Source: an uncultured Acidobacteriota bacterium
Lineage (GTDB): Bacteria; Acidobacteriota; Vicinamibacteria; Vicinamibacterales; UBA2999
DNA: 64,000 bases
NCBI GenBank assembly: GCA_963815285.1
Contig: CAWFGB010000004.1
Coordinates: 521,440-585,439 of the forward strand
Direction: 5' to 3'
The notes under the pieces were generated by a model. It was given only the letters and a program-made list of their open reading frames with translations. It was not told the DNA's origin and made no database searches. Shown here piece after piece: positions 18,158 through 28,379 of the stretch. The position numbers were made by a program, and so were the translations under genes. Each line of letters begins with the position of its first letter. The stretch's first letter is position 1.

Positions 18158-18576
18158 TGGCCCAGCATGCTGTCGAGTACACCGATTACCATCCGCGCTG
18201 GCTGCGGCGGCGCGTGTCCACATACTGGTGGCTGACCCGCCGCTCGTACTTTGCCTTCATCCTGCGCGAGATCAGCAGCGTCTTCGTCGCCTGGTCGGTG
18301 GTCTACCTGCTGATGATCGTGCGCGCCATCAGTACCGGCGAGGTGGCGTTTCGCGAGCTGCTGGCGTGGAGCGCGCAGCCGCTGGTGCTGGCCCTGAACG
18401 TCATCAGCCTCGTCCTGGTCACGTTCCACGCCATCACCTGGTTCAACCTGGCGCCGCAGGCGATGGTCGTGCACATAGGGCGCAGGAAGGTACCTGGGTT
18501 TTGGATTGCTGCGTCGAACTACGCGGCGTGGGCGGCCGTGTCAGCCGTCGCCGCGTGGATGCTTCTTGGAAACTGA
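18157..18576 (+). CDS. frdC: Fumarate reductase membrane anchor subunit C
   Basis: ATG overlaps the frdB stop (GTGATGG). STYWWLTRRSYFAFILREISSVFVAW parallels E. coli FrdC [26 protein letters not shown]. 139 aa. Confidence 0.8.
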   Translation: MAQHAVEYTDYHPRWLRRRVSTYWWLTRRSYFAFILREISSVFVAWSVVYLLMIVRAISTGEVAFRELLAWSAQPLVLALNVISLVLVTFHAITWFNLAPQAMVVHIGRRKVPGFWIAASNYAAWAAVSAVAAWMLLGN

Positions 18577-18578
18577 CC

Positions 18579-18935
18579 ATGATCAAGCGAAGCGCCGAAC
18601 CGTTCTTGTGGTTGCTTTTCAGCGCGGGCGGCGTCGCGGCCGCCTTCGTCTTCCCGATCCTGCTGCTGCTCTTCGGCGTTGCGTTTCCTCTCGGGTGGCT
18701 GCCGATGCCTGACTACGGCCAGTTGCGCAGCGTGTTCGGCCACCCGCTCACCAGAATCGCCCTGCTCGCCGTGTGCGTGCTCTCCTTGCTTCACGCCGCC
18801 CATCGCTTTCGCTACACGCTCTACGATGGCTTGCAGATCAAGCACCTCAACGAAGTGATCGCCCTGGCCTGTTACGGCGGGGCGATCGTGGGCTCGATCG
18901 CCGCCGCCTACCTGCTCGCGACGTTCGGAGCGTGA
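18579..18935 (+). CDS. frdD: Fumarate reductase membrane anchor subunit D
   Basis: KRSAEPFLWLLFSAGGVAAAFVFPILLLL parallels E. coli FrdD [29 protein letters not shown]. 118 aa. Starts 2 nt after the frdC stop. Confidence 0.8.
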   Translation: MIKRSAEPFLWLLFSAGGVAAAFVFPILLLLFGVAFPLGWLPMPDYGQLRSVFGHPLTRIALLAVCVLSLLHAAHRFRYTLYDGLQIKHLNEVIALACYGGAIVGSIAAAYLLATFGA

Positions 18936-19022
18936 GGGCCCGTGAGACCGTTGTCGTTCTCGCCGAACCTCGCCAGGAGACCCGACCAAGAGCGCGTAGC
19001 GGAACCGTGCCCGCCGACTGCC

Positions 19023-19440
19023 CTACTCGGCGCATAACGCGGTCACCGGGTCGACGCCGGCAGCGCGTCTGGCGGGGCCCAGTCCGGCTATTGCTCCGAG
19101 CGCGAGAAAGAAAAATGCACCGGCGAGTGCCGGCGTTCTTCGGCCGGATCGCCACTAGCTCGTCGGGGTCATCGACGGCAGCCGCGTCATGGTCAACGCG
19201 TTCAGGATGCGCAACATCGATGTCTGGGCGCCGATGCCGAGGGCCAACGTCACCACGGCGGCGAGGGCAAAGCCCGGCGACCGGCGAACTGACGCCACGC
19301 GTCACGCACGTCCTGCAGCAGTCTCTCCATCGTGACCTCCGTTCTTAGGGTCGCGTACGCGCTCCTTCACCGGCTCGATACTCAGCTCGAGCGCCGCGGC
19401 GCGGTGCGCCTCAGCCGCCGAAAGACCCTGCCGGTGCCTT
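19023..19440 (-). pseudogene. ADOP/MacB-type permease relic: N-terminal leader and TM1 joined to the last TM and C-terminus, with several frame breaks
   Basis: Pieces read in different frames: GLSAAEAHRAAALELSIEPVKERVRD, MERLLQDVRDAWRQFA, RSPGFALAAVVTLALGIGAQTSMLRILNAL, VDDPDELVAIRPKNAG, then LAGAFFFLALGAIAGLGPARRAAGVDPVTALCAE-stop. The roughly 700 aa normally in between are absent. Confidence 0.65.
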
Positions 19441-19455
19441 CATCCACGAGCAGAT

Positions 19456-19476
19456 GACGATAAGCCCTATTAGGGC
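19456..19476 (+). repeat. 21-nt core motif copy C (GACGATAAGCCCTATTAGGGC); contains the perfect palindrome GCCCTA-T-TAGGGC
   Basis: Read directly. In frame it encodes ..DDDKPY-stop, and is preceded by SAAERPCRCLHPRA, which weakly resembles the wHTH-FHA tail. Confidence 0.7.
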
Positions 19477-19585
19477 GACAGCCACGGCTCTGCTGGCTCA
19501 ATCCGTCACGCGATCGTCATCGCCCGCGTGGTACGATCGCAAGCTCTCAATAGCACGTCGTATCACGTGTGGAAAGGTGCAGCTT

Positions 19586-20059
19586 ATGGCCGTGAAACCC
19601 ATCCCTGACGGATATCACAGCGTCACCCCGTATCTGATCGTCAACGCCGGACAACGCGCGCTCGATTACTACAAACAGGCGTTCGGTGCCTCCGAGCTCT
19701 TTCGGATGGATGCGCCGGGTGGAAAGATCGGACACGCCGAGATCCAGATCGGCGACTCGCGCGTGATGCTCTCCGACGAGAACCCTGCATGGGGCGCGAA
19801 GGCGCCGACGCCGGGCGTCAGTACGCCGGTGCAGTTGATGATTTACGTCGCCGACGTCGACGCAACGTTCAAGCGGGCGCTGGCTGCGGGTGCCAAGGAG
19901 ACCCAGCCGATCAAGAATCAGTTTTACGGTGACCGGTCGGGAACGCTCACGGATCCGTTCGGCCACGTGTGGACGATTGCGACCCACGTCGAAGACGTTG
20001 CAGCGGATGAAATGCAACGCCGCGCGGCGGACTACATGAAACAACAGCAGAGCGTCTGA
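19586..20059 (+). CDS. VOC/glyoxalase family protein (PhnB-like)
   Basis: IPDGYHSVTPYLIV..A..A..FY..AFGA.E......P.G.I.HAE..IGDS..MLSDE.....FGH.W typical of PhnB-like VOC proteins. Start taken at the internal ATG 19586. Confidence 0.8.
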   Translation: MAVKPIPDGYHSVTPYLIVNAGQRALDYYKQAFGASELFRMDAPGGKIGHAEIQIGDSRVMLSDENPAWGAKAPTPGVSTPVQLMIYVADVDATFKRALAAGAKETQPIKNQFYGDRSGTLTDPFGHVWTIATHVEDVAADEMQRRAADYMKQQQSV

Positions 20060-20085
20060 GCCCTGCGGTTAACCTGCTCTGATAG

Positions 20086-20114
20086 CATGGGCGCCTTTTC
20101 CCGAGGCGCCCATG
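20086..20114 (+). terminator. Strong hairpin downstream of the VOC gene (CATGGGCGCC-N9-GGCGCCCATG)
   Basis: A perfect 10-bp GC-rich stem read directly. No clear U-tract. Confidence 0.45.
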
Positions 20115-20282
20115 CGAAAGTCGAGGAGTAGCAGCCGGCTCACCTCATACCGGGAATCGTCCACGCGGGGGTGTCGGTACACGCCCCGCTTGTCCGGCGA
20201 CCCGTGCCGCCCTGGCGCCCACACCGACCACGGACCAGCAACGCCCCGATTCCTTGACACGCCACCGCGGGCATTCGATCAT

Positions 20283-21323
20283 GTGCGCGTGCAGAACGCG
20301 ATAAAAGCATTTGTTGTCCTCGTGACTGCGTCATGCCTCGTGCATGGCGTCGCACTCATCGCACAGAATCCGCAAGCGCCGGCTGCGCCCGTGCCCCCTG
20401 GACTGCCCGACTGGGCCTACACCCCGCCGCCGCCAGGATCGCCACGCACGCCGTCGGCGTTGCCGGACGACGACAATGCCGTGATCCGCATCCCCGACAC
20501 GGCGCGGACGATGACACGCGGGGCGTTGCGGGCCCGGCAGGAGATTCCCGATTGGTATCCCGAAGATCGGCGCGGGCAGATGCCTGACATCGTTCGACGT
20601 GGCAGGGAGGGAGTGCGTGCCTGCGGTCTCTGTCATCTGGCGGACGGATCGGGACGCCCTGAAAACGCGCCGGTCAACGGGCTGCGAGTCGAATACTTCA
20701 TCCAGCAAATGGAGGACTTCAAGAATGGCGTGCGGCGGAGCGCTGACCCGCGGAAATCAAACACGAACCTCATGATTGCGTTGGCCAGGGAGGCGACGGC
20801 CGAAGAGGTCAGAGCAGCGGCGGAGTACTTTGCCGCGCAACCCTACCCCAAACGACTCAAGGTCGTCGAATCACGCACAGCGCCGAAAGTACGGCTGCAG
20901 GGCGGGATGCACATGGCGATTCCCGCTGGTGAAGGCGGCGGCTTGGTGCCGATTGGCGACGAGATCGTCGAGGTGCCCGACGACAACCTGCGTGCCGAAG
21001 CGCGAGACACGCGACTGGGCTTCACCGCCTCCGTGCCGGTTGGCACGTTGAGTCGAGGTAAGGACCTTGCCGCCAAGTATCAGTGCGGCGTCTGCCATGG
21101 GGCAAACTTCGAAGGCCTTGGTCCTGTACCTCCCCTCGCTGGGAGATCGCCAAGTTACGTGATGCGGCAGCTCTTCGACATGAAGACGGGCGCACGCCGC
21201 GGACCGTGGGCCGAACTGATGATGCCGGTGCTCGAGAGCATGTCGGTGCAGGAGATGATGGCGGTTTCCGCCTACGCTGCGTCGCTGGATCCGTCCGCCG
21301 GGGCAAGCCGCGCCAGGCGCTGA
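20283..21323 (+). CDS. Di-haem c-type cytochrome, exported
   Basis: Two CxxCH motifs (CGLCH, CGVCH). Hydrophobic N-terminus AIKAFVVLVTASCLVHGVALIAQ if translation starts at GTG 20283 or 20289. The start is uncertain; the ORF-track start is 20112. Confidence 0.7.
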   Translation: MRVQNAIKAFVVLVTASCLVHGVALIAQNPQAPAAPVPPGLPDWAYTPPPPGSPRTPSALPDDDNAVIRIPDTARTMTRGALRARQEIPDWYPEDRRGQMPDIVRRGREGVRACGLCHLADGSGRPENAPVNGLRVEYFIQQMEDFKNGVRRSADPRKSNTNLMIALAREATAEEVRAAAEYFAAQPYPKRLKVVESRTAPKVRLQGGMHMAIPAGEGGGLVPIGDEIVEVPDDNLRAEARDTRLGFTASVPVGTLSRGKDLAAKYQCGVCHGANFEGLGPVPPLAGRSPSYVMRQLFDMKTGARRGPWAELMMPVLESMSVQEMMAVSAYAASLDPSAGASRARR

Positions 21324-21336
21324 TCGCGGGAGCATC

Positions 21337-22878
21337 TCACACCATCGCCTCGATCACGTGTGGCCCCTCTTCGGCCAGCGCGCGCTCGAGCTCCTGCACC
21401 AGTTCCCCGGCCGTCTCGACGCGAACGGCCGGGACACCCATGCCCCTTGCCAGGTACACCCAATCGATTGGCGGCTGATCGAGCTGAGTCAGACGCTGTG
21501 CCTGCGGACCGAGCGTCGTCACGCCAGCGCGCGCCATTTCGATGCCCAGGATCCGGTAACTCCGATTGCTGCAAATGATCGTGGTGACGTCGAGCCCTTC
21601 GCGCGCCTGCGTCCACAGCGCCTGCAGCGTGTACATCGCGCTGCCGTCGGCCTGGAGATTGATGACGGGCCGATCGGGACATGCGATTGCGGCGCCGGTT
21701 GCGCACGGTGGCCCGAGACCGATGGCCCCGCCCGGCTGCGCAAGCACCGTGTGCCTCGGTGCCGACTGCGACATGGCGAGAAACGGTCCCATGCTGGTGT
21801 TGCTTTCGTCCATGACGATGGCGTGCTCCGGGAGCAATGAGGCGACGACCGCCGAGAGTGTGTCGGGCTTCAACTTGCCAGCCGGACGCGTTATCGCTTG
21901 TCCGATCGGCAGGTCGGCATCGCGCGGAGCACCGAGCCCATCGGCGAGAGCCTCGAGCGCTCCCGTGATGTCGTCGTATGGCGTTGCGAGCGTTGCGTGG
22001 CGGTGTTCCGATGACAGCAGGTGGCTCGGCAGGCCGGGATAACCGAAGAACGCGACAGGCGGCTTCGCTCCGGCCAGCACCACCGAATGGAACCGCGCGA
22101 GCGCGGCGATCGCCTGGTCAGGAAAGTACGGCAGGCGTTCGATCGACGGGGTGCCCGCCCCACGCTCCCAACGGGCCGGAAACGTCTCGCACATCAGCGT
22201 ACACCTCGTGGCCTCCGCGATGCGTGCAGCTGCGCGGACGCCGCGTTCGCTCAATCCGTCTCCGCCGAGAAACAGCACTGCCGGTGCCTCGACGCGCAAC
22301 CCCTCGGCGGCACGAGCAACCGCCTCGTCCGCAACGCGCGGCCTCGCGGGAATGTCGGGTAGGCCGGCCGCACCAGACGCCCGTTCGAGCTGGCAATCGT
22401 GCGGAATGACGAGCGTGGCGATCTGTCCGGGCGGCTGCCGTGCCGCGGCAATCGCCGCCGCCGCATCAGCGCCGAGCGAGGCGGCAGACTGGTTGCGCCG
22501 GAACCAGCCCGAGACCGGCCGCGCGAGCGATTCGATGTCGCTGGTGAGCGGCGCGTCTGCGGCAAGGTGCCACGTCGCGTGATCGCCAACGAGATTGACG
22601 ATCGGCGAGCGTGCCCGCCGCGCATCGTGCAGGTAGGCGAGCCCGTTGGCGAGACCCGGTCCCAGGTGCAGCAGCGTGACGGCAGGCTTGCCCGCCATGC
22701 GCGCGTAGCCGTCGGCGGCGCCGGTGCAGACGCCCTCGAACAGCCCCAGCACGGCTCGCATACCGGGCACCTCGTCGAGCGCGCGCACGATGGGCATCTC
22801 GGTGGTGCCCGGATTGGCAAAGCAGACGCCGAGACCTGCATCGATGAGTGTGCGAATCAACGCCTCCGCGCCAGTCAC
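21337..22878 (-). CDS. Thiamine-diphosphate-dependent enzyme, acetolactate synthase large-subunit-like
   Basis: N-terminus [27 protein letters not shown].. and a C-terminal GG.IG.G...A.GAA.A.PDR.VI.L..DGS.M TPP-binding motif. Confidence 0.8.
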   Translation of the reverse strand: MTGAEALIRTLIDAGLGVCFANPGTTEMPIVRALDEVPGMRAVLGLFEGVCTGAADGYARMAGKPAVTLLHLGPGLANGLAYLHDARRARSPIVNLVGDHATWHLAADAPLTSDIESLARPVSGWFRRNQSAASLGADAAAAIAAARQPPGQIATLVIPHDCQLERASGAAGLPDIPARPRVADEAVARAAEGLRVEAPAVLFLGGDGLSERGVRAAARIAEATRCTLMCETFPARWERGAGTPSIERLPYFPDQAIAALARFHSVVLAGAKPPVAFFGYPGLPSHLLSSEHRHATLATPYDDITGALEALADGLGAPRDADLPIGQAITRPAGKLKPDTLSAVVASLLPEHAIVMDESNTSMGPFLAMSQSAPRHTVLAQPGGAIGLGPPCATGAAIACPDRPVINLQADGSAMYTLQALWTQAREGLDVTTIICSNRSYRILGIEMARAGVTTLGPQAQRLTQLDQPPIDWVYLARGMGVPAVRVETAGELVQELERALAEEGPHVIEAMV

Positions 22879-23002
22879 GCCGTGACTGTACTCCAGCTCC
22901 GACGAGCGAAGCGACGGTCAAACGCCAGCGAACAAAGGGTGATCTGCGCGGAGAATCAGATCGCTGAAGCAAAGAGTCCGGCGCCTGAAGCAAGGATTCA
23001 GT

Positions 23003-23983
23003 TCACGGTCGGAGCCAGACCCACTGCCACGCGACGGCAATCGTGCGAAAGTCGGTTCCTGTGCGGACTGACACGCCGGCGCTGTAGGACGCCTTGATCG
23101 CCTGTTGCCGGCCAACCGGTAGAGAAAGCGTCGCGCCCAGACGTGTGTTGTTCACCGCGCCAAGCGGCTCGTTCCCTTCCACTTGAGTACTGCCGCCCGA
23201 ATACCAGGTGCCGTCGACAGCCAGCCAGAGTCGCGCCCTGAAGGTGTAGCTCACGTGTCCTTGCGCCGAGAAAACCGGTTCCTGCGTTCGCCGAACCGTA
23301 CCGGGGTAGAACTCGCGGTTGACGGTGAACAGCCAGAGTCCGACGTAGGCATCGACGTCCCACCGCCCCTTCGGTACCGCGATGCCGAACTCAGGCTTGA
23401 ACGCCCAGCGATTCGTCCCGAGGTTTACGAGCCTGGTTCGGTCGTATTCGCCGGTCGGCGCCGCCAGCGTCAGGCTCGCACCGACGATGGTACGGCGCGG
23501 TGCTTTGGCGAACTCTTGCAGGGACATCGCGTCGTTGCCGCGCAGGTTGATCGAGAACCTGGCGCGAAGATCGGTGAAACCGTCGCGCGTAATCGTCCGC
23601 GCATCCTCACCGACAAGGCCGCTCAGCTCGCCCGATGCCAAAGGCACGACGGCGGAGAGGAGCGCCAGCTTGCCGAACGCTGAGAACGTCGTGCCAACGC
23701 CGGCAAAGATGCCATTGATACCCGCGTTGACGTCTCGCAACGGAAGCGTCGGGTCGAACACCACCGATCCGGTTGAGCGCGATGCGCCAACGACGAGAAA
23801 TGTGGTGCCCACGGGGCTGGCGGAATAGGCTTTCGGTTCCATGTCCTGGGCGGTCGCCGGCAGTGCGGCGGCCAGCCAGACACATCCGATCGCCCAGAGC
23901 CGCACTCCAGGTGGTCGCACCGGGGCATTATCGTCCCTCTTCGACGCCTTCGTTAGCGTTCGCGTCGTCACTCGCGAACTCAT
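23003..23983 (-). CDS. Outer-membrane beta-barrel protein of the MetA-pathway/transporter family
   Basis: Signal-like WAIGCVWLAAALPATAQD. Alternating beta-strand pattern with an aromatic-rich C-terminal strand. Start uncertain (ATG 23983, or a downstream GTG). Confidence 0.55.
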   Translation of the reverse strand: MSSRVTTRTLTKASKRDDNAPVRPPGVRLWAIGCVWLAAALPATAQDMEPKAYSASPVGTTFLVVGASRSTGSVVFDPTLPLRDVNAGINGIFAGVGTTFSAFGKLALLSAVVPLASGELSGLVGEDARTITRDGFTDLRARFSINLRGNDAMSLQEFAKAPRRTIVGASLTLAAPTGEYDRTRLVNLGTNRWAFKPEFGIAVPKGRWDVDAYVGLWLFTVNREFYPGTVRRTQEPVFSAQGHVSYTFRARLWLAVDGTWYSGGSTQVEGNEPLGAVNNTRLGATLSLPVGRQQAIKASYSAGVSVRTGTDFRTIAVAWQWVWLRP

Positions 23984-24032
23984 CCACGCGAGCTCTAGTG
24001 GGCGCCGCCTTCGAGAGTCGTATACTCCGCGG

Positions 24033-26850
24033 ATGGCACGCACACGACGTTTTCTGTTCCTCAGTCTCGCGCTCCTGCTTTCAGCCCAGATACTGGGACC
24101 GGACGCGCTTCTTGCGACGTCTGCCGCGATCCACGCCCCGCGACCTGCAGCGGAGGCCGAGCAGTCGGGCGCGCAGGCGCTGCCGACGCCCGAGCAGTTC
24201 TTTGGCTTCCATCCCGGCGCCGCCGGCGAGTTGGCGCGTTACCCCAAGGTCCTCGAGTACTTTCAGCTGGCCGCGAAGTCGACCGACCGTGTGAAGTACC
24301 GAGGAGCTGGGCAAGACGACCATGGGGAATGTGTATGCGCTTTTACGCATCAGCTCCCCGCAGAATCTGGCCCGGTTCGATCGCCTCGTCGAGATCAATA
24401 GACGACTCGCAGATCCGCGCGGGCTCTCAGATGCTGAGGCGCAGAAGCTCGCCGCCGAGGGCAAGCCGTTCTACTTCCTCTACGCGACGATCCACTCGAC
24501 GGAGGTTTCCAACGGCCAGGCCATCATCCACATCCTCCATCGGCTGGCCACCGAGAATTCGCCGGAAGTGCGCGAGATTCTGGATAACGCCGTGGTGTTG
24601 CTCGTCCCCTCGCAGAATCCCGACGGCCAGCACCTGGTGATCGACCACTGGTACCAGACGAAAGGCACGAAGCTGAACCGAACGTATCCCGACCTCTATC
24701 ACAAGTACGTCGGGCACGACGACAATCGCGACTGGTTCATGTTCACGCAGAAAGAGACGCGCATGAACATCGAGCTGGTGCAGAACCGGTACAAGCCAAT
24801 CATCACGCACGACATGCACCAGCAGGGCGCCGCCAACTCACGCATCTTCGTGCCGCCCTTCACGGATCCCTTCGACGTCAACATCCATCCGATCCTGGCG
24901 CTCGGGCAGGCGACGGTCGGGCAGGCGATGGCCACGGCACTGCTCGCCGAGGGCAAGGAAGGCGTGGCGTGGAACGAGTCGTACGACATGTGGACCCCGG
25001 CGCGGCAGTACATGGTCTACCACGGTCAGCCGCGCATCCTCACCGAGATTGCCGGAGGCGCGCTCGCCGATACCTATGCCAATCCGCAGAAGGGGCGTCC
25101 GCTTGGCCCGCAGGAATCGCGCTGGAATTTCCCGGTGCCGTACTCGAAAGACACGTGGTCACTGCAGCAGCAGGTGGACTACGGGGTCACCGCGGCAATG
25201 GCCGGCATCGCCCACGTGGCGAAATACGGCCGCGAGTGGCTCTACAACTTCTACCGCGTGCACCGCGACTGGGCGAACGACGACAAGGGGCCTTTTGCGT
25301 TTGTCGTCCCCGCCGCGCAGCGCGATCCGTACGCCACTTACGAGATGCTCGACATCCTGAAGTTCGCCGAAGTCGAGATCTATCGCGCGACGGCGCCCTT
25401 CACGGCTGGTGGCAAGAGCTATCCGGCCGGGTCGTGGGTAATCAAGACGGCACAGCCGTACGGCGCGTTTGCCAAGACGATGCTCGAGAAGCAGGTCTAT
25501 CCGGATCTGCGGCTGTTTCCAGGAGGACCACCCGAACCGCCGTATGACGTCACGGCGCACACGCTGTGGATGCTGATGGGCGTGACCGTCGATCCGGTCG
25601 AGAAACCTTTCGAAGCGCCGCTTGAAATGCTGAAGAGCATCGCACCTGTCGCGAAGCCAGCTCCGGCACGCGCGGCGGGCGCGTACCTCATCGGCCCAGA
25701 ATCGTACGGCGTGTTCAAAGTGGTGGCCGATCTACAGAAGGCCAACGTACCAATCTTCCGCGCAGCCAGGACCTTTGAATCTAGTGGGCAGTCGCACGCG
25801 CCCGGCACCTTCGTAATTCCACCCGTCGCTGCCGCCCAGAAGATCGTCGAGAACGCCGCTCGAAATCTGGGGCTGCCGGTGTACGTCGCCGATCGGGCAC
25901 CGTCGATCGATGGCTTCCGCCTGAAGTCCGGAACGCGCGTGGGTTTGTACCGCGGCGCCAACAACATGCCTGGTGGCTGGATGCAGTGGCTGCTCGAGCA
26001 GTACGGCATCAATCACCAGGTCGTCAGCGCGAAGGACTTCGACGACCTCGCTGCCAAATACGACGTGATTCTGCTCGTGTCCGGCATCACGAAACAGCGC
26101 ATCGTCGATGGCCTCGACATGACGCGCAACGATCCGAAGGAGTTCGGGTGGGCGGCCGGCGTGGGCGAGGAGGGATGGAACAAGCTGCGCGCGTTTGTCG
26201 AGAACGGGGGCACGCTGCTGGCCATCGGCTCCGCGGTCGAGACCGCGCGCGAGCTGCTCGATCTGCCGATCGAGAAGGCGCTGCCGGAGGCGCCGCCACG
26301 CTTTGGACCGGGAGCGGGGACTGCCGGTTCCGAAACGGTGCCGGCGTCAACGGTCGATCGCACACTGCGCGACGCGTTCAGCAGTCCCGCCCGCCTGATG
26401 CAGGTACTGCGCGATCGCGTGGCCGAGCCCGAGAACCTGTTCTACTGTCCCGGCTCGTTGCTGCTCAACGAATTCGACGTCAATCATCCGGTCGCGTGGG
26501 GCATGCCGGCATCGTGGCCGATCTTCTTCGAATCCGATCAGGCGTACCGTCTGCGTCCCGGCTTCGGGATCGACGCGTCCGTGGCAGCACGCTACCCTCG
26601 CGAGCAGATCCTGCAGAGCGGATGGCTGCTCGGCGAGGAATACCTGAAGGATCAGGCCAACGTGATCGCCTTCCGCGTCGGCGAAGGGTATGTCGTGACT
26701 TACGGCAGTCAGATCGACTTCCGCACACAGCCTCGTGCGACCTTCAAGCTGTTGTTCAATGGCATGTTCCACGGGCCATCATCTCCCGTGACCGCGGCGC
26801 AGATGGGGCAGTTGGCTCCGGTAACGTCGAGCGAGCGACGACAGCAATGA
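24033..26850 (+). pseudogene. Large secreted M14-family zinc carboxypeptidase-like protein, N-terminus split by a 1-nt frame change at 24297-24304
   Basis: MARTRRFLFLSLALLLSAQ..PTPEQFFGFHPG..YPKVLEYFQLAAKSTDRVKY is in one frame. EELGKTTMGNVYALLRISSP.. plus the HxxE zinc motif (IHSTEVS) is in the next. The frame-1 stop at 24292 confines the switch to about 10 nt. Confidence 0.75.
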
Positions 26851-26901
26851 CGAAGTCTCGCCCTCGGTATACATTCAGACGGGAGTAGACTTCCGCCCAC
26901 C

Positions 26902-28362
26902 ATGCGGCCAGTTCCTGTCTCCGCGTGCGACCTTGCGATTCGCCTGTGTGCGGCCGCGCTACTCGTTGTTTCGGCTCAGGCCGCGCAGCAGCCGGCCACG
27001 CCGGCGCCGCTGCCGCCCGGGCAGAGCAACGACCCGTTTCCGGCGCCGATCGCGGCAACCGAAGGCGTCATCCGTGTGAACGTGCGCGAGTTTGCCTCTC
27101 TGCCGGATATTGCCGGTCAGGCCGCGCGGATGATGAACCTCGTCGACGAGACCGTCACAAAACGGCTGTTCGTCAACGACATGCGAGGCCCGCTCTACAG
27201 CGTCAGCTACGACGGCAAGACCGTCGAGCTGTATCTCGACATCAATGATTCGTCGTGGGGCGTCGGCGTGCAGTCGGGAGGACGCGAGCGCGGCTTTCAG
27301 AGCTTCACGTTCCACCCGCAGTTCGGCCGGCCCGGCACGCCGGGCTTTGGCAAGTTCTACACCTACACGGACAGCCCGGACCAGACGCCCTCCGCCGATT
27401 TCACGACGAGCAATCCGGAGACCACTCACGACACTGTGCTGCTCGAGTGGACGACGAAGACGCCAGGCGCGCGGACGTACGACGGCGGGCCGCCGCGCGA
27501 GCTGATGCGGTTCCGCCAGCCGTTCGCCAACCACAACGCCGGGCACCTTGCGTTCAATCCGCTCACCGCACAAGGCAGCGCCGAGTTCGGACTGCTCTAT
27601 ATCGGCGTCGCCGATGGCGGGAGCGGGGGCGACCCGATGAACCTGTCTCAGAATCTCGGATCGGCGTTCGGCAAGATCCTCCGCATCGACCCGCTCGGTT
27701 CGACGAGCGCTAACAAGAAGTACGCCATCCCGCCGTCGAATCCGTTCGTCAAGAAGGACGGTGCGCTGCCGGAGATCTACGCATACGGCATGCGCAATCC
27801 ACAACGCTTCGCCTGGGACTCGAAGAACGGCAACCTGTTCGTTGCCGACATCGGCCAGAACATCGTCGAGGAGATCAGTCCCGTGACAGCGGGCGCCAAC
27901 CTGGGATGGAATGCATGGGAGGGCAGCTTCCGCTTCATCAGCCGCCAGGCCGTGAGCCTCGAGAAGCCGCGTGGCGATCCCGCAGTCACGTATCCCATCG
28001 CCGAGTGGGACCAGAGCGATCCGCTCTTGCAGCGCCAATCCGCCGCGAGCGGCCTGATCGTTTATCGCGGCAGTGATTTAAAGGACTTGGCGAATCTCGT
28101 GATCTTCACGGACATGCCGAGCGGCGAGATCTTCTATGTCAACGCCGATCGGCTGCCCTCTGGTGGTCAGGACGTCATCCGCCGGATTCTGTTGAACGTC
28201 GACGGGACCGCAAAGACGATGCTGGAGATCATTCAGGCGAAGAATCAGGCGCAGGGGAAGAAACCGGCGACGCGGGCAGATCTGCGAATCAACAGTGGTC
28301 CAGGCAATCAAGTGTTCCTGCTGAACAAGGGTGATGGAACGATCCGCGTGCTGACACCTTAA
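26902..28362 (+). CDS. Secreted PQQ-dependent sugar dehydrogenase-like beta-propeller (sorbosone/glucose dehydrogenase family)
   Basis: Signal peptide. HNAGHLAFNP, LYIGVADGG..GDP...QNL.S.FGKILRIDP, YAYGMRNPQRFAWD..NGNLFVADIGQN.VEEI. Confidence 0.75.
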   Translation: MRPVPVSACDLAIRLCAAALLVVSAQAAQQPATPAPLPPGQSNDPFPAPIAATEGVIRVNVREFASLPDIAGQAARMMNLVDETVTKRLFVNDMRGPLYSVSYDGKTVELYLDINDSSWGVGVQSGGRERGFQSFTFHPQFGRPGTPGFGKFYTYTDSPDQTPSADFTTSNPETTHDTVLLEWTTKTPGARTYDGGPPRELMRFRQPFANHNAGHLAFNPLTAQGSAEFGLLYIGVADGGSGGDPMNLSQNLGSAFGKILRIDPLGSTSANKKYAIPPSNPFVKKDGALPEIYAYGMRNPQRFAWDSKNGNLFVADIGQNIVEEISPVTAGANLGWNAWEGSFRFISRQAVSLEKPRGDPAVTYPIAEWDQSDPLLQRQSAASGLIVYRGSDLKDLANLVIFTDMPSGEIFYVNADRLPSGGQDVIRRILLNVDGTAKTMLEIIQAKNQAQGKKPATRADLRINSGPGNQVFLLNKGDGTIRVLTP

Positions 28363-28379
28363 GTCCTACCATCGCCCGT

